Of a DNA stretch of 64,000 bases, positions 48,919 through 58,895 are shown piece after piece. A program made the position numbers and the translations under genes. The first letter of the stretch is position 1. Every line of letters starts with the position of its first letter. The DNA lies in assembly GCA_963741095.1 (NCBI GenBank), contig CAVUGN010000004.1, positions 1-64,000 on the forward strand, read 5' to 3'. The stretch comes from an uncultured Candidatus Micrarchaeota archaeon (GTDB lineage: Archaea; Micrarchaeota; Micrarchaeia; Micrarchaeales; Micrarchaeaceae). The notes under the pieces were generated by a model. It ran no database searches and was not told the origin of the DNA. It saw only the letters and a program-made list of their open reading frames with translations.

Positions 48919-49580
48919 AGGGCATGCAAACAACGGTGATAATGGACCAGCGCGAGCGGAACTCGGATATCGCCGCGGCGCTCAAGGCCAACGGCGTTGA
49001 GGTCCGGTGCGAGACCCTGCCGGTCGGGGACTACATAATATCGGACCGCATCTGCATAGAAAGAAAGACCGTCTACGACTTCGAGAGTTCGATGATGAGC
49101 GGAAGGCTCTTCGACCAGCTGGACAGGCTGAGCGACAGCTACGAGGTCCCCATGCTGCTCATCGAGGGCGACCGCGACACCTTCAGGCTCAAGAGCAAGG
49201 TGATAAACGGCGCCATTGCGTCGCTGTACGTCGATTACGGCGTGATCATCATATCCTCGCGCAGCGCGACAGAATCCGGCGAGATAATTGCGGGCATAGC
49301 TAGGCACGAGCAGACCGATGAGAAGCGTGAACCGTCGCTGAAGGGCGCCGCTCGGGCACACACCCACGAGCAGTTCCAGGAGTACATAATAGGCAACCTT
49401 CCCGGAGTCGGGCCGAAGCTGGCGAAGGCGATGCTCACGAAATTCAAGAACGCGCGCAGGATAGCGGACGCAAGCGTGGAGGAGCTCATGGAGATAGAGA
49501 AGATAGGCAAGAAGAAGGCTGAAGCGATACACAAGACCTTCAACTCAGAGTACAACTCCGAGGACGAATCCTACAACTGA
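48915..49580 (+). CDS. XPF/ERCC4 structure-specific endonuclease (short form)
   Basis: D.RE, GDY, ERKT..DF, LPGVGPK tandem HhH. Confidence 0.93.
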   Translation: MKGMQTTVIMDQRERNSDIAAALKANGVEVRCETLPVGDYIISDRICIERKTVYDFESSMMSGRLFDQLDRLSDSYEVPMLLIEGDRDTFRLKSKVINGAIASLYVDYGVIIISSRSATESGEIIAGIARHEQTDEKREPSLKGAARAHTHEQFQEYIIGNLPGVGPKLAKAMLTKFKNARRIADASVEELMEIEKIGKKKAEAIHKTFNSEYNSEDESYN

Positions 49581-49586
49581 CGCATC

Positions 49587-50636
49587 CTAATCCGCGGACC
49601 TTAGCAGCTCGTCAAGCGGGTGCATGTAACCGTTTGTGCCAAAACCGAAGTCTATGCCAAGATAATGCACCATGGTTGCGGTGCTCGGCGCCAGCGGCAT
49701 GTGCGGATCCAATCCCGCAGACTTCAAATACTCGTGCGGCGAATCCCATTCATCCATCTTTTCGCCGTTGCAGAACATCATCACCGCCGCCGAATGGTCG
49801 CTGCCATTCCTAATCTTCCACAGTATGGATTTGCGCTCGGGAACACCGCCCCTGGCTTCGTGCTCGGTTTCATACCATATCGTTTCCTTCAATCCGCCAA
49901 TCGGCATCCTCATAACATAAGACGGAAGCATCATGTCAAATATCGACGCTTCCTTGCATCCATCCTCGATGGGCGAGAAACCTATCCCGACCGGTATCCC
50001 ATTGAGATAGAACGGCGTGTTCATCCTTTCCATGCAAACCTCGGCATGCACGTTGCCTATCGTCACTCCCCAATCGTCTGCCAGCCTATCCGAAAGCCTG
50101 TTTATCGTCCTGTGCACGTGACCGTTGTACGCCTTCAACTCGGTCTGGGAAAACTGCGGTATCACGACCCTGCCCTTGCGATCAAGAAACATCACCTCTT
50201 CCACCGCTTCACCGACCAACGAGACCAAGGGATCCGCGCTGTTGCCCCTTCCGACCAGCGAATCAAGCGTGTTCGGATTCGTAGGGGCCTTTTCATCCCT
50301 TCTTACCGTAAGAAGATAGCCGCTGCCGTCCTCGGTGATCACTATTGGGGCTGTGCCACCCGCGTAGGCAACATTCTTTACCTTTGCGTATCCCTTGTCA
50401 TGCAGTAAAGCGGCAAACGATACTGGATCAAATCTGACAGGGTCCTTTGCGTAATCCGATATCGAAACGACTGTTTTTGGAGTGAAACGGACGTCCATCC
50501 TGCCATTGTTGTCCCTGACCTCTATGTCGGCCAAAACCCTTTTGCCTTCGTCGGTCCTGCTGCCGCTCCTGAGCAGTTCATTCAGCGTTCCGTAAGAATT
50601 AGAAGTTGCCTGCCGTTCCGAATTAAGGTTCCCCAT
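49587..50636 (-). CDS. Hypothetical protein with degenerate Nudix-like segment
   Basis: LLTVRRDEKAPTNP...GRG...GEAVEEV resembles a Nudix box. Confidence 0.55.
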   Translation of the reverse strand: MGNLNSERQATSNSYGTLNELLRSGSRTDEGKRVLADIEVRDNNGRMDVRFTPKTVVSISDYAKDPVRFDPVSFAALLHDKGYAKVKNVAYAGGTAPIVITEDGSGYLLTVRRDEKAPTNPNTLDSLVGRGNSADPLVSLVGEAVEEVMFLDRKGRVVIPQFSQTELKAYNGHVHRTINRLSDRLADDWGVTIGNVHAEVCMERMNTPFYLNGIPVGIGFSPIEDGCKEASIFDMMLPSYVMRMPIGGLKETIWYETEHEARGGVPERKSILWKIRNGSDHSAAVMMFCNGEKMDEWDSPHEYLKSAGLDPHMPLAPSTATMVHYLGIDFGFGTNGYMHPLDELLRSAD

Positions 50637-50734
50637 ACTCTATATGACCTTCATAAATATAAAGCTATTCCCGCTGCGGGTTTTACCGAAAATGTTTTTT
50701 GGAACGAATTTAAGATTTCGCATCGATAGTTAAT

Positions 50735-51706
50735 ATGGGGGTTCTCATGGTCGGGCTTTCACACGCAATCCAATATGAGATAAGACCCATTTCCCCGTAC
50801 AACTTCCGACTCACGATAAAAAAACCAGCTGGCTGGTCACTGTTCACCAACTTCGAGATCTACGAGAAAGGCACGATGTGGACCGCAACGCATCTCAACG
50901 GCGTCCTCGCCGGGGTAAAGTTGGTTTCGAAAGGCACGACAAAGAACCCAAGGATAATCGCAAAACTTTTCCTTAAAAACAAACCTGGCGAAAAGCAGCT
51001 TGCGGAAATGAAGAACCTGTTGAATCATAACATTGGTGCTGATGATGATCTGTCCGAGTTCTACCGTTTCGCAGCGAAAGATAAGATACTCAAGCACGCA
51101 GTGAAGGATCTTCACGGAATGCACAACACCGATTCCAGCACCATATTCCCCGATGCCCTCCTTTCAATACTGCTGCAGATGACGACGCTGAAGCGGAGCA
51201 ACGAGATGATGGATTGCGTGATAAGCAAGTACGGGGATCTGGCCGAATTCGACGGCAAAAAGATATACGCGTGGCCGAGGCCGGAAGACCTATCCGGTCA
51301 TGATGCTGTCGAACTGGCAAGGACCTGCAAATTGGGATACCGGGCAAAACATATCGTCAACCTTTCAAAGAAACTGGCAAGGGAAAAATTCCCGACAACA
51401 AAAGAGCTGGAAATGCTTAAACCAGAAGAGGCGAAGAGCATGCTTCTGGAATTGCCCGGAATAGGCGATTACTCTGCAGACATAATAAATCCGCACGGCG
51501 GTTTCCCGATCGATGTCTGGTCGGCTGAGGTCTTCGGGAAACTGTTCTATGGAAAAGAGCCGAAGAACAACAGGGATTCCGTGGAAAAGATAAAAAGAGA
51601 AGGACTGCGGAGATGGGGCAGGTGGTCATGGATGGCATTCTTCTACACCGTCCAGGACCTCGAGAACCTCTCAAGGAAACTGAAGACAAAACTGCGTCTT
51701 ACATGA
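50735..51706 (+). CDS. HhH-GPD DNA glycosylase (AlkA/OGG1-like)
   Basis: LGYRAK, LLELPGIGDYSA, FPIDVW. Confidence 0.85.
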   Translation: MGVLMVGLSHAIQYEIRPISPYNFRLTIKKPAGWSLFTNFEIYEKGTMWTATHLNGVLAGVKLVSKGTTKNPRIIAKLFLKNKPGEKQLAEMKNLLNHNIGADDDLSEFYRFAAKDKILKHAVKDLHGMHNTDSSTIFPDALLSILLQMTTLKRSNEMMDCVISKYGDLAEFDGKKIYAWPRPEDLSGHDAVELARTCKLGYRAKHIVNLSKKLAREKFPTTKELEMLKPEEAKSMLLELPGIGDYSADIINPHGGFPIDVWSAEVFGKLFYGKEPKNNRDSVEKIKREGLRRWGRWSWMAFFYTVQDLENLSRKLKTKLRLT

Positions 51707-51751
51707 CGCACTCCCGAAAGGTTTTTTAAATAGGCCAGTTCATTGTCTAAT

Positions 51752-52234
51752 ATGAACAAGGGCAAGCTTTTCAAGCTCATCGCGGCGATACTCATCTGCG
51801 AGTTCGTGGGATTGTTGGGCTCGGTGTTCACTCTTTCTTCAATAACAACGTGGTACGCGACCCTGCACAAGCCGAGCTTCAGCCCGCCGAACTGGCTTTT
51901 CGGACCAGTTTGGACGCTGCTGTACGCGCTGATGGGTATCTCTGCATACCTGATCTGGGAAAAGGGCATCAAGGAGAACGGAGTAAAGCCCGCGCTCAAG
52001 CTGTTTTCGTTGCAGTTGATACTGAACTTCATGTGGACCATACTCTTTTTCGGGCTGAAATCCCCGTTGCTGGGCCTGATCTCCATATCCATACTGTGGA
52101 TTGCCATACTTGCAACCATACTAAAATTCTCAAAACTGTCGAAAAACGCCGCAACGCTGATGATACCATACATACTCTGGGTCAGCTTTGCTGCGATCCT
52201 GAATCTTGCCGTGTTGATGCTGAATCTTGCATGA
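51752..52234 (+). CDS. TspO/MBR family membrane protein
   Basis: WYATL.KP.F.PP.W.FGPVWT.LY, PY..WV.FA..LN. Confidence 0.95.
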   Translation: MNKGKLFKLIAAILICEFVGLLGSVFTLSSITTWYATLHKPSFSPPNWLFGPVWTLLYALMGISAYLIWEKGIKENGVKPALKLFSLQLILNFMWTILFFGLKSPLLGLISISILWIAILATILKFSKLSKNAATLMIPYILWVSFAAILNLAVLMLNLA

Positions 52235-52277
52235 CAATCAAATGAAAATCCGATGAGAATGCGACCATCTTACTAGT

Positions 52278-53039
52278 GTGCCAATGAACGGTACATATTA
52301 CGATAAAATAGCCAAGAAATTTGGCGGCTACGGATACGGTGTCCGCCCAAAATATAAGACAGAATATCCCGATCTTGATCCCGAAAAAATTTTCAAGGAA
52401 AAATTGCTAGAATTAAGTTCAAAAAGTAAAACCGCGATTGATATCGGCTGCGCTGATGGCAAATTTACCATCTCTATAGCGCCGCATTTCAAAAGAGTGT
52501 ACGGGATCGATAATTCACGAATAAATCTAGACGTGGCAAAAAGCCACAACGAAGACGCAAGAAGCAAAAATGTCGAATACTCCTTCCAGAATGCGCAGCA
52601 TACCTCCTTTAAAGATTCCTTTTTTGATCTCGTATACTCCAGAAGAGGCCCATCATACCCCAAAGAGTATTACAGAATCCTCAAAACAAAAGGCTATTAC
52701 GTCTATATCAGTATAGGCGAAAAAGATACAATGGATCTAAAGAAAATATTCGGCAGGGGGCAAGATTATGGAAAATGGAACAAGTCGGCATTGAACGCGC
52801 GATTAATGGAACTCAAAGACCTCGGTTTCGCGGTCGTCTTTGCAGAGGATTTTTATTATAATGAATATTACCCTTCATATAAACAACTTGACTTATTCCT
52901 ACAAGGTGTTCCTATTTTTGAGGATTTCGATTCGGAAAAAGACAAAAATAAGTTGCAAAAATACGTTGAAAAGTTTTCAACCGATAAAGGAATACTCCTT
53001 CCGCGCCATAGATTTGTTTTCGTCGTCCAAAAGTTATAG
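52278..53039 (+). CDS. Class I SAM-dependent methyltransferase
   Basis: DIGCADG, FDLVYSRRGP; AT-rich. Confidence 0.88.
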   Translation: MPMNGTYYDKIAKKFGGYGYGVRPKYKTEYPDLDPEKIFKEKLLELSSKSKTAIDIGCADGKFTISIAPHFKRVYGIDNSRINLDVAKSHNEDARSKNVEYSFQNAQHTSFKDSFFDLVYSRRGPSYPKEYYRILKTKGYYVYISIGEKDTMDLKKIFGRGQDYGKWNKSALNARLMELKDLGFAVVFAEDFYYNEYYPSYKQLDLFLQGVPIFEDFDSEKDKNKLQKYVEKFSTDKGILLPRHRFVFVVQKL

Positions 53040-53052
53040 ACGACTTAGCCGA

Positions 53053-53328
53053 CTAGCTCAGACGTTTGATTATGTGATAACCAAATTGGGTCTTCACTAT
53101 CCCTGACACTTGACCCTTCTCAAGCGCGAACGCCGCCTGCTCGAACTCCTTCACCATCATGCCCTTCCCGAACTCTCCCAGGTCCCCTCCGTGCTTCCTC
53201 GAGCCATCAATCGAGTACTGCTCAGCCATCTTCGCGAAGCTCTCGCCGTTGTTGATCTTCTGCAGCACCTCCTGGGCCACAGACAGCTTCTCCACAAGTA
53301 TGTGCGCGCACCTTATTTTGTTGGACAT
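53053..53328 (-). CDS. Parvulin-type peptidyl-prolyl isomerase
   Basis: HILV, GGDLG.F, MV.EFE, TQFGYHII. Confidence 0.95.
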   Translation of the reverse strand: MSNKIRCAHILVEKLSVAQEVLQKINNGESFAKMAEQYSIDGSRKHGGDLGEFGKGMMVKEFEQAAFALEKGQVSGIVKTQFGYHIIKRLS

Positions 53329-53337
53329 AGAATCACA

Positions 53338-53412
53338 TGGTGGGCTCGAGGAGAATCGAACTCCTGGTCTTTACCTTGTGAAGGTAACGTCTTACCACTC
53401 GACTACGAGCCC
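53338..53412 (-). tRNA. tRNA-Val(CAC), CCA encoded
   Basis: GGGCTCG...CGAGCCC-ACCA; TTACC TTCACAA GGTAA. Confidence 0.95.
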
Positions 53413-53462
53413 CTACAATGAAATGTTTATTAAAGATTAATAATGTTATTTAATGGGTTCTT

Positions 53463-54008
53463 ATGGCGTACTACACTGGCGCGGGCGACTGCGGCTGCAC
53501 CGGCACTCTGGGAAAAGCCAGGCTGGGAAAGAACGACAGGCTCATAGTCGCGATAGGAGACATCGACGAACTGAACAGCGCCATAGGCATCGCCATAACC
53601 TCGCTCACTGAAAAGCACGTGTCGAACATGCTCATGCACGTGCAGAACAATCTTTTCATTGTAGGGGCGGAGCTTGCCGCTTCGCTCAATGGCACGGATT
53701 CTGCGCTCAAGGAACGCATAAACAAGCAGAAGGTAAAGGGGCTCGAGAAAGCGATAGACGAACTCGGCGCCACCTTCCCGGAACCGAAGAAGTTCGTGCT
53801 TCCAGGCGGATCTGACGGCGCGGCTCATCTTCATCTCGCAAGAGCGGTGTGTCGAAGGGCGGAGCGCTCGGTGATCGGCGCAAAATCCGAGGCGAAGATA
53901 AACGACGAGCTTTTGAAATACCTCAACAGATTGTCGTCGTTCCTTTTCGTTGCTGCTTTGCACGCGAACAGCAAAGAAGGTGTAGAAGAAAGACATCCAG
54001 TGTACTGA
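53463..54008 (+). CDS. PduO-type cob(I)alamin adenosyltransferase
   Basis: YTG.GD.G.T, GDIDELN, F.LPGG, CRRAER, YLNRLS. Confidence 0.93.
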   Translation: MAYYTGAGDCGCTGTLGKARLGKNDRLIVAIGDIDELNSAIGIAITSLTEKHVSNMLMHVQNNLFIVGAELAASLNGTDSALKERINKQKVKGLEKAIDELGATFPEPKKFVLPGGSDGAAHLHLARAVCRRAERSVIGAKSEAKINDELLKYLNRLSSFLFVAALHANSKEGVEERHPVY

Positions 54009-54479
54009 TCAAAGGTTGAAGTACTCCCTGAATTTCTGCGTTGTCTCAATTTTTTTCGTCCTGCCGACCCTTGTCGCCTTGACGAAATCTTTTTCTGTGA
54101 GCTCCTTCACGTGATCGTATATTGAGCTGCCGAAGGCCTTCACCAGCGCGCTCTGCATAACCGGCTCGTTCTTTCCAACATAAGCCAATATCCTGAGCGA
54201 GCTCTTCGATATGTCCGGGGCTCCGGCAAGGGTGTTGACCTTGCCTATGTAATCATTCTTGACGCCTAGCAGGTACTTGTCCCCTATCCTCGATACCACG
54301 AGCGCGCAGTTCCTTGCCTCGTAGTCGCTAACCAGCTCGTTCATGACCGTTTTGACATAACCCACTCCCGCAAGGCCCATGATGCCGCCGAGCTCCTCGG
54401 CGCTCATCGCCCTGCCTGAGGTGAAGAGCGCGGCTTCCGCTATCCTTTTGTACTCCTCGCTCCTCTTCTCATCTGCCAC
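54009..54479 (-). CDS. scpB: SMC-Scp complex subunit ScpB
   Basis: EAALF, L.ILAY...EP, TT.KF.EYF; overlaps scpA. Confidence 0.88.
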   Translation of the reverse strand: MADEKRSEEYKRIAEAALFTSGRAMSAEELGGIMGLAGVGYVKTVMNELVSDYEARNCALVVSRIGDKYLLGVKNDYIGKVNTLAGAPDISKSSLRILAYVGKNEPVMQSALVKAFGSSIYDHVKELTEKDFVKATRVGRTKKIETTQKFREYFNL

Positions 54480-55221
54480 TACCCTCACTCTCAAGCTTTA
54501 TGAATATCTCGTTGAAGAACTCCTCCTGCATAAGCATGACCTTCTTCATGTGCGCAAGGAACAGCAGCGGCACGAAAAGGTCGAGCAGCATGCTCTCCAT
54601 GTTGCCGAAGCCGCTTGAGACTCGCGCGAAGGTGGTCACCCCCTCGCGATCCGCGCTCTTCTTCACCAGTCCAAAAGCGGCGTCAATCTTCTCGTCTATG
54701 TCATCCTTGCTAAGTACCAGCCTGTCCATGAGTGGCACGAATCTTTCATGCTCTATCGTCTCGCGCTTGCTGCTTGTCTTTATCGCATCGTCAAGCGCAG
54801 CCATAAGCTCGTTGAGCGATATCTTCCTGCCCGGCTGCATCCTCATCCTTGGCAGCAGCTCAGGCACCTCCGGAGTTATTCTGCCCTGAACCATCTCCGG
54901 TACTTCCTCAACAACAGGTTCGGCGAAAATGCCCATGTTCTCGCTCTTCATTCTAAGCAGTATGGAAGCGGCAAGCATTATGTTCGAAGGAACGTGCAGG
55001 TCCATGACCCGCATCTCCTTGACTATCGCCATGTAGCTGTCAACGACCTTCGAGAGGTCTATGTCCCAGGGATCCAGCCTGTTGGTCTCGACAAGCTCTA
55101 TGAGCAGTTCGCGCCAAGTGGCGTTGCTGACAAGGGACTCCAGGTCTATGCCCTTCTCGGTTCCCTGCCTGTAGGTGCTGATGCTGGCTTCTACTAGTGA
55201 TGCCATTGGCACACTTTCCAT
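54469..55221 (-). CDS. scpA: Segregation/condensation protein ScpA (kleisin)
   Basis: LDPWDIDL, AA.ILLRMKS, F..LLFL...Q.E.F.EI. Confidence 0.9.
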   Translation of the reverse strand: MESVPMASLVEASISTYRQGTEKGIDLESLVSNATWRELLIELVETNRLDPWDIDLSKVVDSYMAIVKEMRVMDLHVPSNIMLAASILLRMKSENMGIFAEPVVEEVPEMVQGRITPEVPELLPRMRMQPGRKISLNELMAALDDAIKTSSKRETIEHERFVPLMDRLVLSKDDIDEKIDAAFGLVKKSADREGVTTFARVSSGFGNMESMLLDLFVPLLFLAHMKKVMLMQEEFFNEIFIKLESEGSGR

Positions 55222-55263
55222 GAAGATGGTCGTTAAACAGTGTAAGGCAAAATATTTATTCCT

Positions 55264-56166
55264 TCAGTACATCTTCTCGAGTATCGCTATCCTTTCATCG
55301 ATCGGCGGGTGAGTCGAGAAAAGCCCCATCACGCTCTGCTTTGTGAACGGGTTCGCGAAATACATCGACGCGGTGACCTCGTTCGCGTGCCTCACGCTCT
55401 GCGCGTTAGGGTTCGCAGAATAGGCCTTCAGCTTCCTTAGCGCGCTCGCAAGCGCTCCAGGATCCCTTGTAATCCTTGCGCCGTTCGCGTCGGCCATGTA
55501 CTCTCTCTTCCTTGATATCGCGAGCCTTATCAGCAGCGCGAAGAACGGGGCCAGCAGCCCAACCACAAACGCAAGCAGCAGTATTATTGCGGATCCCTCG
55601 TTCTTTCTGCCTCCCCCAAGATTGCCGCCGAAAAGGAGCATGTTGCGCATCAGAACGGCCACAAGACCGATAACTCCGGCAAACGCAATCGCTATAGTCA
55701 TGACCTGCACGTCGTTGTCCGCGACGTGCGATATCTCGTGGGCTATCACGCCCTGCAGCTCCTGCTTGTTCATCATTTGCAACAGGCCGCTTGTGACTGC
55801 CACGCACGGCGCGCTGTGCTTGCCCGTCGCAAAAGCGTTCGGATTAGGATCGTCTATTATGTAGATCTTCGGCATCTTTATCTGCGTCGCGAGCGCCAGC
55901 CCCTCCACGACAGAATAGAGCGTGGGGTACTGCTTCTGATCCGCTTCCTTTGCCCTTGACACTGCCAAAACGACCTTGCTGCCGAACTGGTAAGTCAACA
56001 ACGCGTATATCGCCACGAGCACCAGCCCGAAGGCGAAGGCAAAAAGGCCGCCGCCGAACAGGACGACGACCGCGTATATGACTAAAGCGAACAGCATGCC
56101 GAACAGTAGCATCAGAATCAGGGACTTTACCTGGTTCTTGGCTATCTCGTCAAAGAAGCTTGCCAT
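55264..56166 (-). CDS. htpX: HtpX-like M48 zinc metalloprotease
   Basis: PNAFATG, HEISH, SR.REY.AD, STHPP. Confidence 0.94.
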   Translation of the reverse strand: MASFFDEIAKNQVKSLILMLLFGMLFALVIYAVVVLFGGGLFAFAFGLVLVAIYALLTYQFGSKVVLAVSRAKEADQKQYPTLYSVVEGLALATQIKMPKIYIIDDPNPNAFATGKHSAPCVAVTSGLLQMMNKQELQGVIAHEISHVADNDVQVMTIAIAFAGVIGLVAVLMRNMLLFGGNLGGGRKNEGSAIILLLAFVVGLLAPFFALLIRLAISRKREYMADANGARITRDPGALASALRKLKAYSANPNAQSVRHANEVTASMYFANPFTKQSVMGLFSTHPPIDERIAILEKMY

Positions 56167-56172
56167 TGCAGT

Positions 56173-56802
56173 TCACTTCTTGCTGGCCTTTGGCGCGGCC
56201 TTCTTCGGCGCACTTGGTGCGCTGCCGGTGGCATCGTCGCTGGTCAGGTCGACTTTCACCGGTTCAGCCGCCTCTTCCGGAGCCTTGAAGAAGTCCGTAG
56301 CCTTGAAGCCGAACATGTTTGCGAAGATGTTGCCTGGGAACTGCTGTATGGCATTGTTGTAATCCAAGACGTAATCGTTGTACGAGGTCCTGACGAACGA
56401 TATCTTGTCCTCAGTGTTCGACAGCTCGTCCTCCAGATTCTTGTAAGTATCAGATGCCTTCAGGTCCGGATAGTTCTCCGCTACCGCGAAGATGCTCTTC
56501 AGTGCTGCGCTGAGCTGGTTGTTCGCAGCAGCCTTGTCCTGCACCGATCCTGTCACTATCGAGCTCCTAAGCTGTGTTATCTGCGTTAGAGTGCTCTTCT
56601 CGTACTTCATGTAGCCCTTGACCGTCTCGACCAGGTTGGGTATCAGGTCGTATCTCCTCTTCAATTGAACGTCGATTTGCGCCAGCGCGTCCTGGACCCT
56701 GTTCCTCTTCGATATCAGCCCGTTGTACGTCCCGTAGACGATTATTCCGAGCACTATGATGATCGCTCCAATCCAAAGCCCTATGCTATCAAGTACGGAC
56801 AT
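56173..56802 (-). CDS. lemA: LemA family protein
   Basis: IDVQLKRRYDLIPNLV, AENYPDLKA. Confidence 0.95.
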   Translation of the reverse strand: MSVLDSIGLWIGAIIIVLGIIVYGTYNGLISKRNRVQDALAQIDVQLKRRYDLIPNLVETVKGYMKYEKSTLTQITQLRSSIVTGSVQDKAAANNQLSAALKSIFAVAENYPDLKASDTYKNLEDELSNTEDKISFVRTSYNDYVLDYNNAIQQFPGNIFANMFGFKATDFFKAPEEAAEPVKVDLTSDDATGSAPSAPKKAAPKASKK

Positions 56803-56859
56803 GTTATCGCTTACAATTTAGGCAATATAAGTATAAATTGGTAACTATACTCATCGCTT

Positions 56860-57909
56860 TTATTTCCCACCAATTTTCTCAATTCCGAAGTCGATCACAA
56901 CCTCAACGTCCTTGGCCGAGTATGGTCTCACAATCCTATGACCAAGCATTCTGGTTCTGTATCCTTTGGCTTTTGCATGGTCCTTGATCATGCCCCACGA
57001 ATCCGCAAGAACGCTATCCGTCTTGCCGAAGACGTACAAGTGTATCACAGACTTTCTCTTCGCCATTGCGATAACCGGATCGAGAAACTTCAGGCTTACG
57101 GTGGGCATTGGCACGATTATCCGGTCAGCATAACTGGCGTACTCTCCGAAAACTTTCCTGACGTCCCCCAATTTCGCCTTGGCGTTCTGCGTCTTGTTGG
57201 ATTTTATGTTGTACTTCATCGCGTCGTACGCGTGCCTGTTCGGCTCGATTCCGACAACGCTTGCACCAGGATGCTTTTTCGCAATCTCTATCACGAACGG
57301 GCCCACGCCTGCACCCACCACTATCACATGTTCCCTATCGTGCACCAGAGAAGCCATCCTGGACCGCTCGAAAGAAAGTTTGCTTGAGAAGAAGACCTTA
57401 CGGACATCGAATCTGAACACGCAACCGTTCTCTTTGTAATCTGCAATGTAACTACTCGCGCCTGCGATGTGCCTAAACCGCCTCTTCCTGTAGATCCCGT
57501 AGACTCCTCCGACCTTTGCCAGGACCGTCCTGACTCTCGGGTTCGCCGCGATGAGCGCCTTCGCAATAACCTTTTCCTTCTTCTTCAATTCGTCCGACAT
57601 CTCAATAATGGCTATGTTCCCCAGAAGCTCGTACCCTCTTGAAAGCTGTTCCTTCTCCTTGCGGCCCAGAATCCTATCCAGCGCCTCTTGGTAATCAACC
57701 CTGGCAGATATTTTCGCGCCCCTCATCTCGACCAGCTCTATTCCGGACCTAGAGATAAGCTTTTTAGCTTTTGCATCAGTATCTATAACTGGAAAATAGA
57801 CATAGCTGCGGCTATGCACGGTCTCCCTCGACCTGTCGAAAACACCAAGGCCTGACAGAAGCCTTCTTGCATCCTCGGCATGCCTCTCTGAGATCTTCGC
57901 ATACCTCAT
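56860..57909 (-). CDS. Trm5/Taw2-family tRNA methyltransferase (Met-10+ like)
   Basis: YE.LGNIAI, ENG..F.FD..KVFFS, AGVGPF, RPYS. Confidence 0.88.
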   Translation of the reverse strand: MRYAKISERHAEDARRLLSGLGVFDRSRETVHSRSYVYFPVIDTDAKAKKLISRSGIELVEMRGAKISARVDYQEALDRILGRKEKEQLSRGYELLGNIAIIEMSDELKKKEKVIAKALIAANPRVRTVLAKVGGVYGIYRKRRFRHIAGASSYIADYKENGCVFRFDVRKVFFSSKLSFERSRMASLVHDREHVIVVGAGVGPFVIEIAKKHPGASVVGIEPNRHAYDAMKYNIKSNKTQNAKAKLGDVRKVFGEYASYADRIIVPMPTVSLKFLDPVIAMAKRKSVIHLYVFGKTDSVLADSWGMIKDHAKAKGYRTRMLGHRIVRPYSAKDVEVVIDFGIEKIGGK

Positions 57910-57969
57910 AAATTCATCTTGAGCAAGGAAAGATTTAATACTTTCAAGAACTCATGTTTAAGTGATATT

Positions 57970-58416
57970 GTGTATTTCGTCGTAAAAGTGACTGCCGGCC
58001 AGGAGCGCATCGCAGCGAACATGCTGCAGAACAAGATAACGCCTCAGGAATCCCCGATATATTCAATTCTTGTCGTGGAGGGCTTCCGCGGCTACATAAT
58101 AGTCGAGGCGGAGAGCGAGCTCTCGATAAGGCAGTTCATAACCAAGGGAAGGAACATACGCGGCGTGCTGCCGAAGCCGCTCAGCGAGGAGGAGCTGGGC
58201 AAGCTGATAGCGGTCAGGGGCAAGGCCGCCGGAATAGAGAAGGGTGACATAGTCGAGTTCACCAGCGGGCCCTTCAAGGGCTACAAGGCCAAGGCGCTGA
58301 AGGTGGACGAGATGAAGGATGAGGTCACTGTCGAACTTATGGACGTTGTAGTGCCGATACCGATAACGACGAAGATGAACACGGCGAAGGTAATACAAAG
58401 AGCAAACAAGATGTAG
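57970..58416 (+). CDS. spt5: Transcription elongation factor Spt5
   Basis: T.GQE, GYI.VEA, KOW motif GD.VE..SGPFKG; upstream of L11. Confidence 0.95.
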   Translation: MYFVVKVTAGQERIAANMLQNKITPQESPIYSILVVEGFRGYIIVEAESELSIRQFITKGRNIRGVLPKPLSEEELGKLIAVRGKAAGIEKGDIVEFTSGPFKGYKAKALKVDEMKDEVTVELMDVVVPIPITTKMNTAKVIQRANKM

Positions 58417-58423
58417 TGATTGT

Positions 58424-58891
58424 ATGAGCGAAACGATAATATCCGGGCTAGTTGAAGGGGGCAAGGCAACCGGCGGTCCGCCGTTCGGCCCCGCACTGGG
58501 TCCTTTGGGCGTCAACATCAACGGGATAGTCGCCGAGATAAACGAGAAGACCAAGCCATTCGCTGGCATAAAGGTGCCGGTGAAGGTCATTGTCGACACG
58601 ACCACGAAGACCTTCAAGATAGAGGTCGGAGCGCCACCAACGAGCGCGATGATAATGAAGGAACTTGGCATATCCACTGGCGCGAAGGTGAAGGACGAGA
58701 TTGTAGGCAACCTGACACTAGACCAGTTGAAGAACGTAGTCAAGTCAAAGGAGGCAAAGCTCTACGGGAAGAGCACCGCCGAGCGCGCGAAGCAGGTCCT
58801 CGGGACATGCAAGAGCATGGGCGTCAAGTGCGAGAACGAGGACCCCCGGGAGATAATAAAGAAGATAAACAGCGGGGAAATCAAGCTGTGA
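58424..58891 (+). CDS. rpl11: 50S ribosomal protein L11
   Basis: GGKAT.GPP.GPALGPLG, GTC.SMG. Confidence 0.97.
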   Translation: MSETIISGLVEGGKATGGPPFGPALGPLGVNINGIVAEINEKTKPFAGIKVPVKVIVDTTTKTFKIEVGAPPTSAMIMKELGISTGAKVKDEIVGNLTLDQLKNVVKSKEAKLYGKSTAERAKQVLGTCKSMGVKCENEDPREIIKKINSGEIKL

Positions 58892-58895
58892 GCCC

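Noticed and set aside
49587-53412. Genomic island next to tRNA-Val
   Set aside because: Some genes are AT-rich, but no mobility genes or att repeat are visible.
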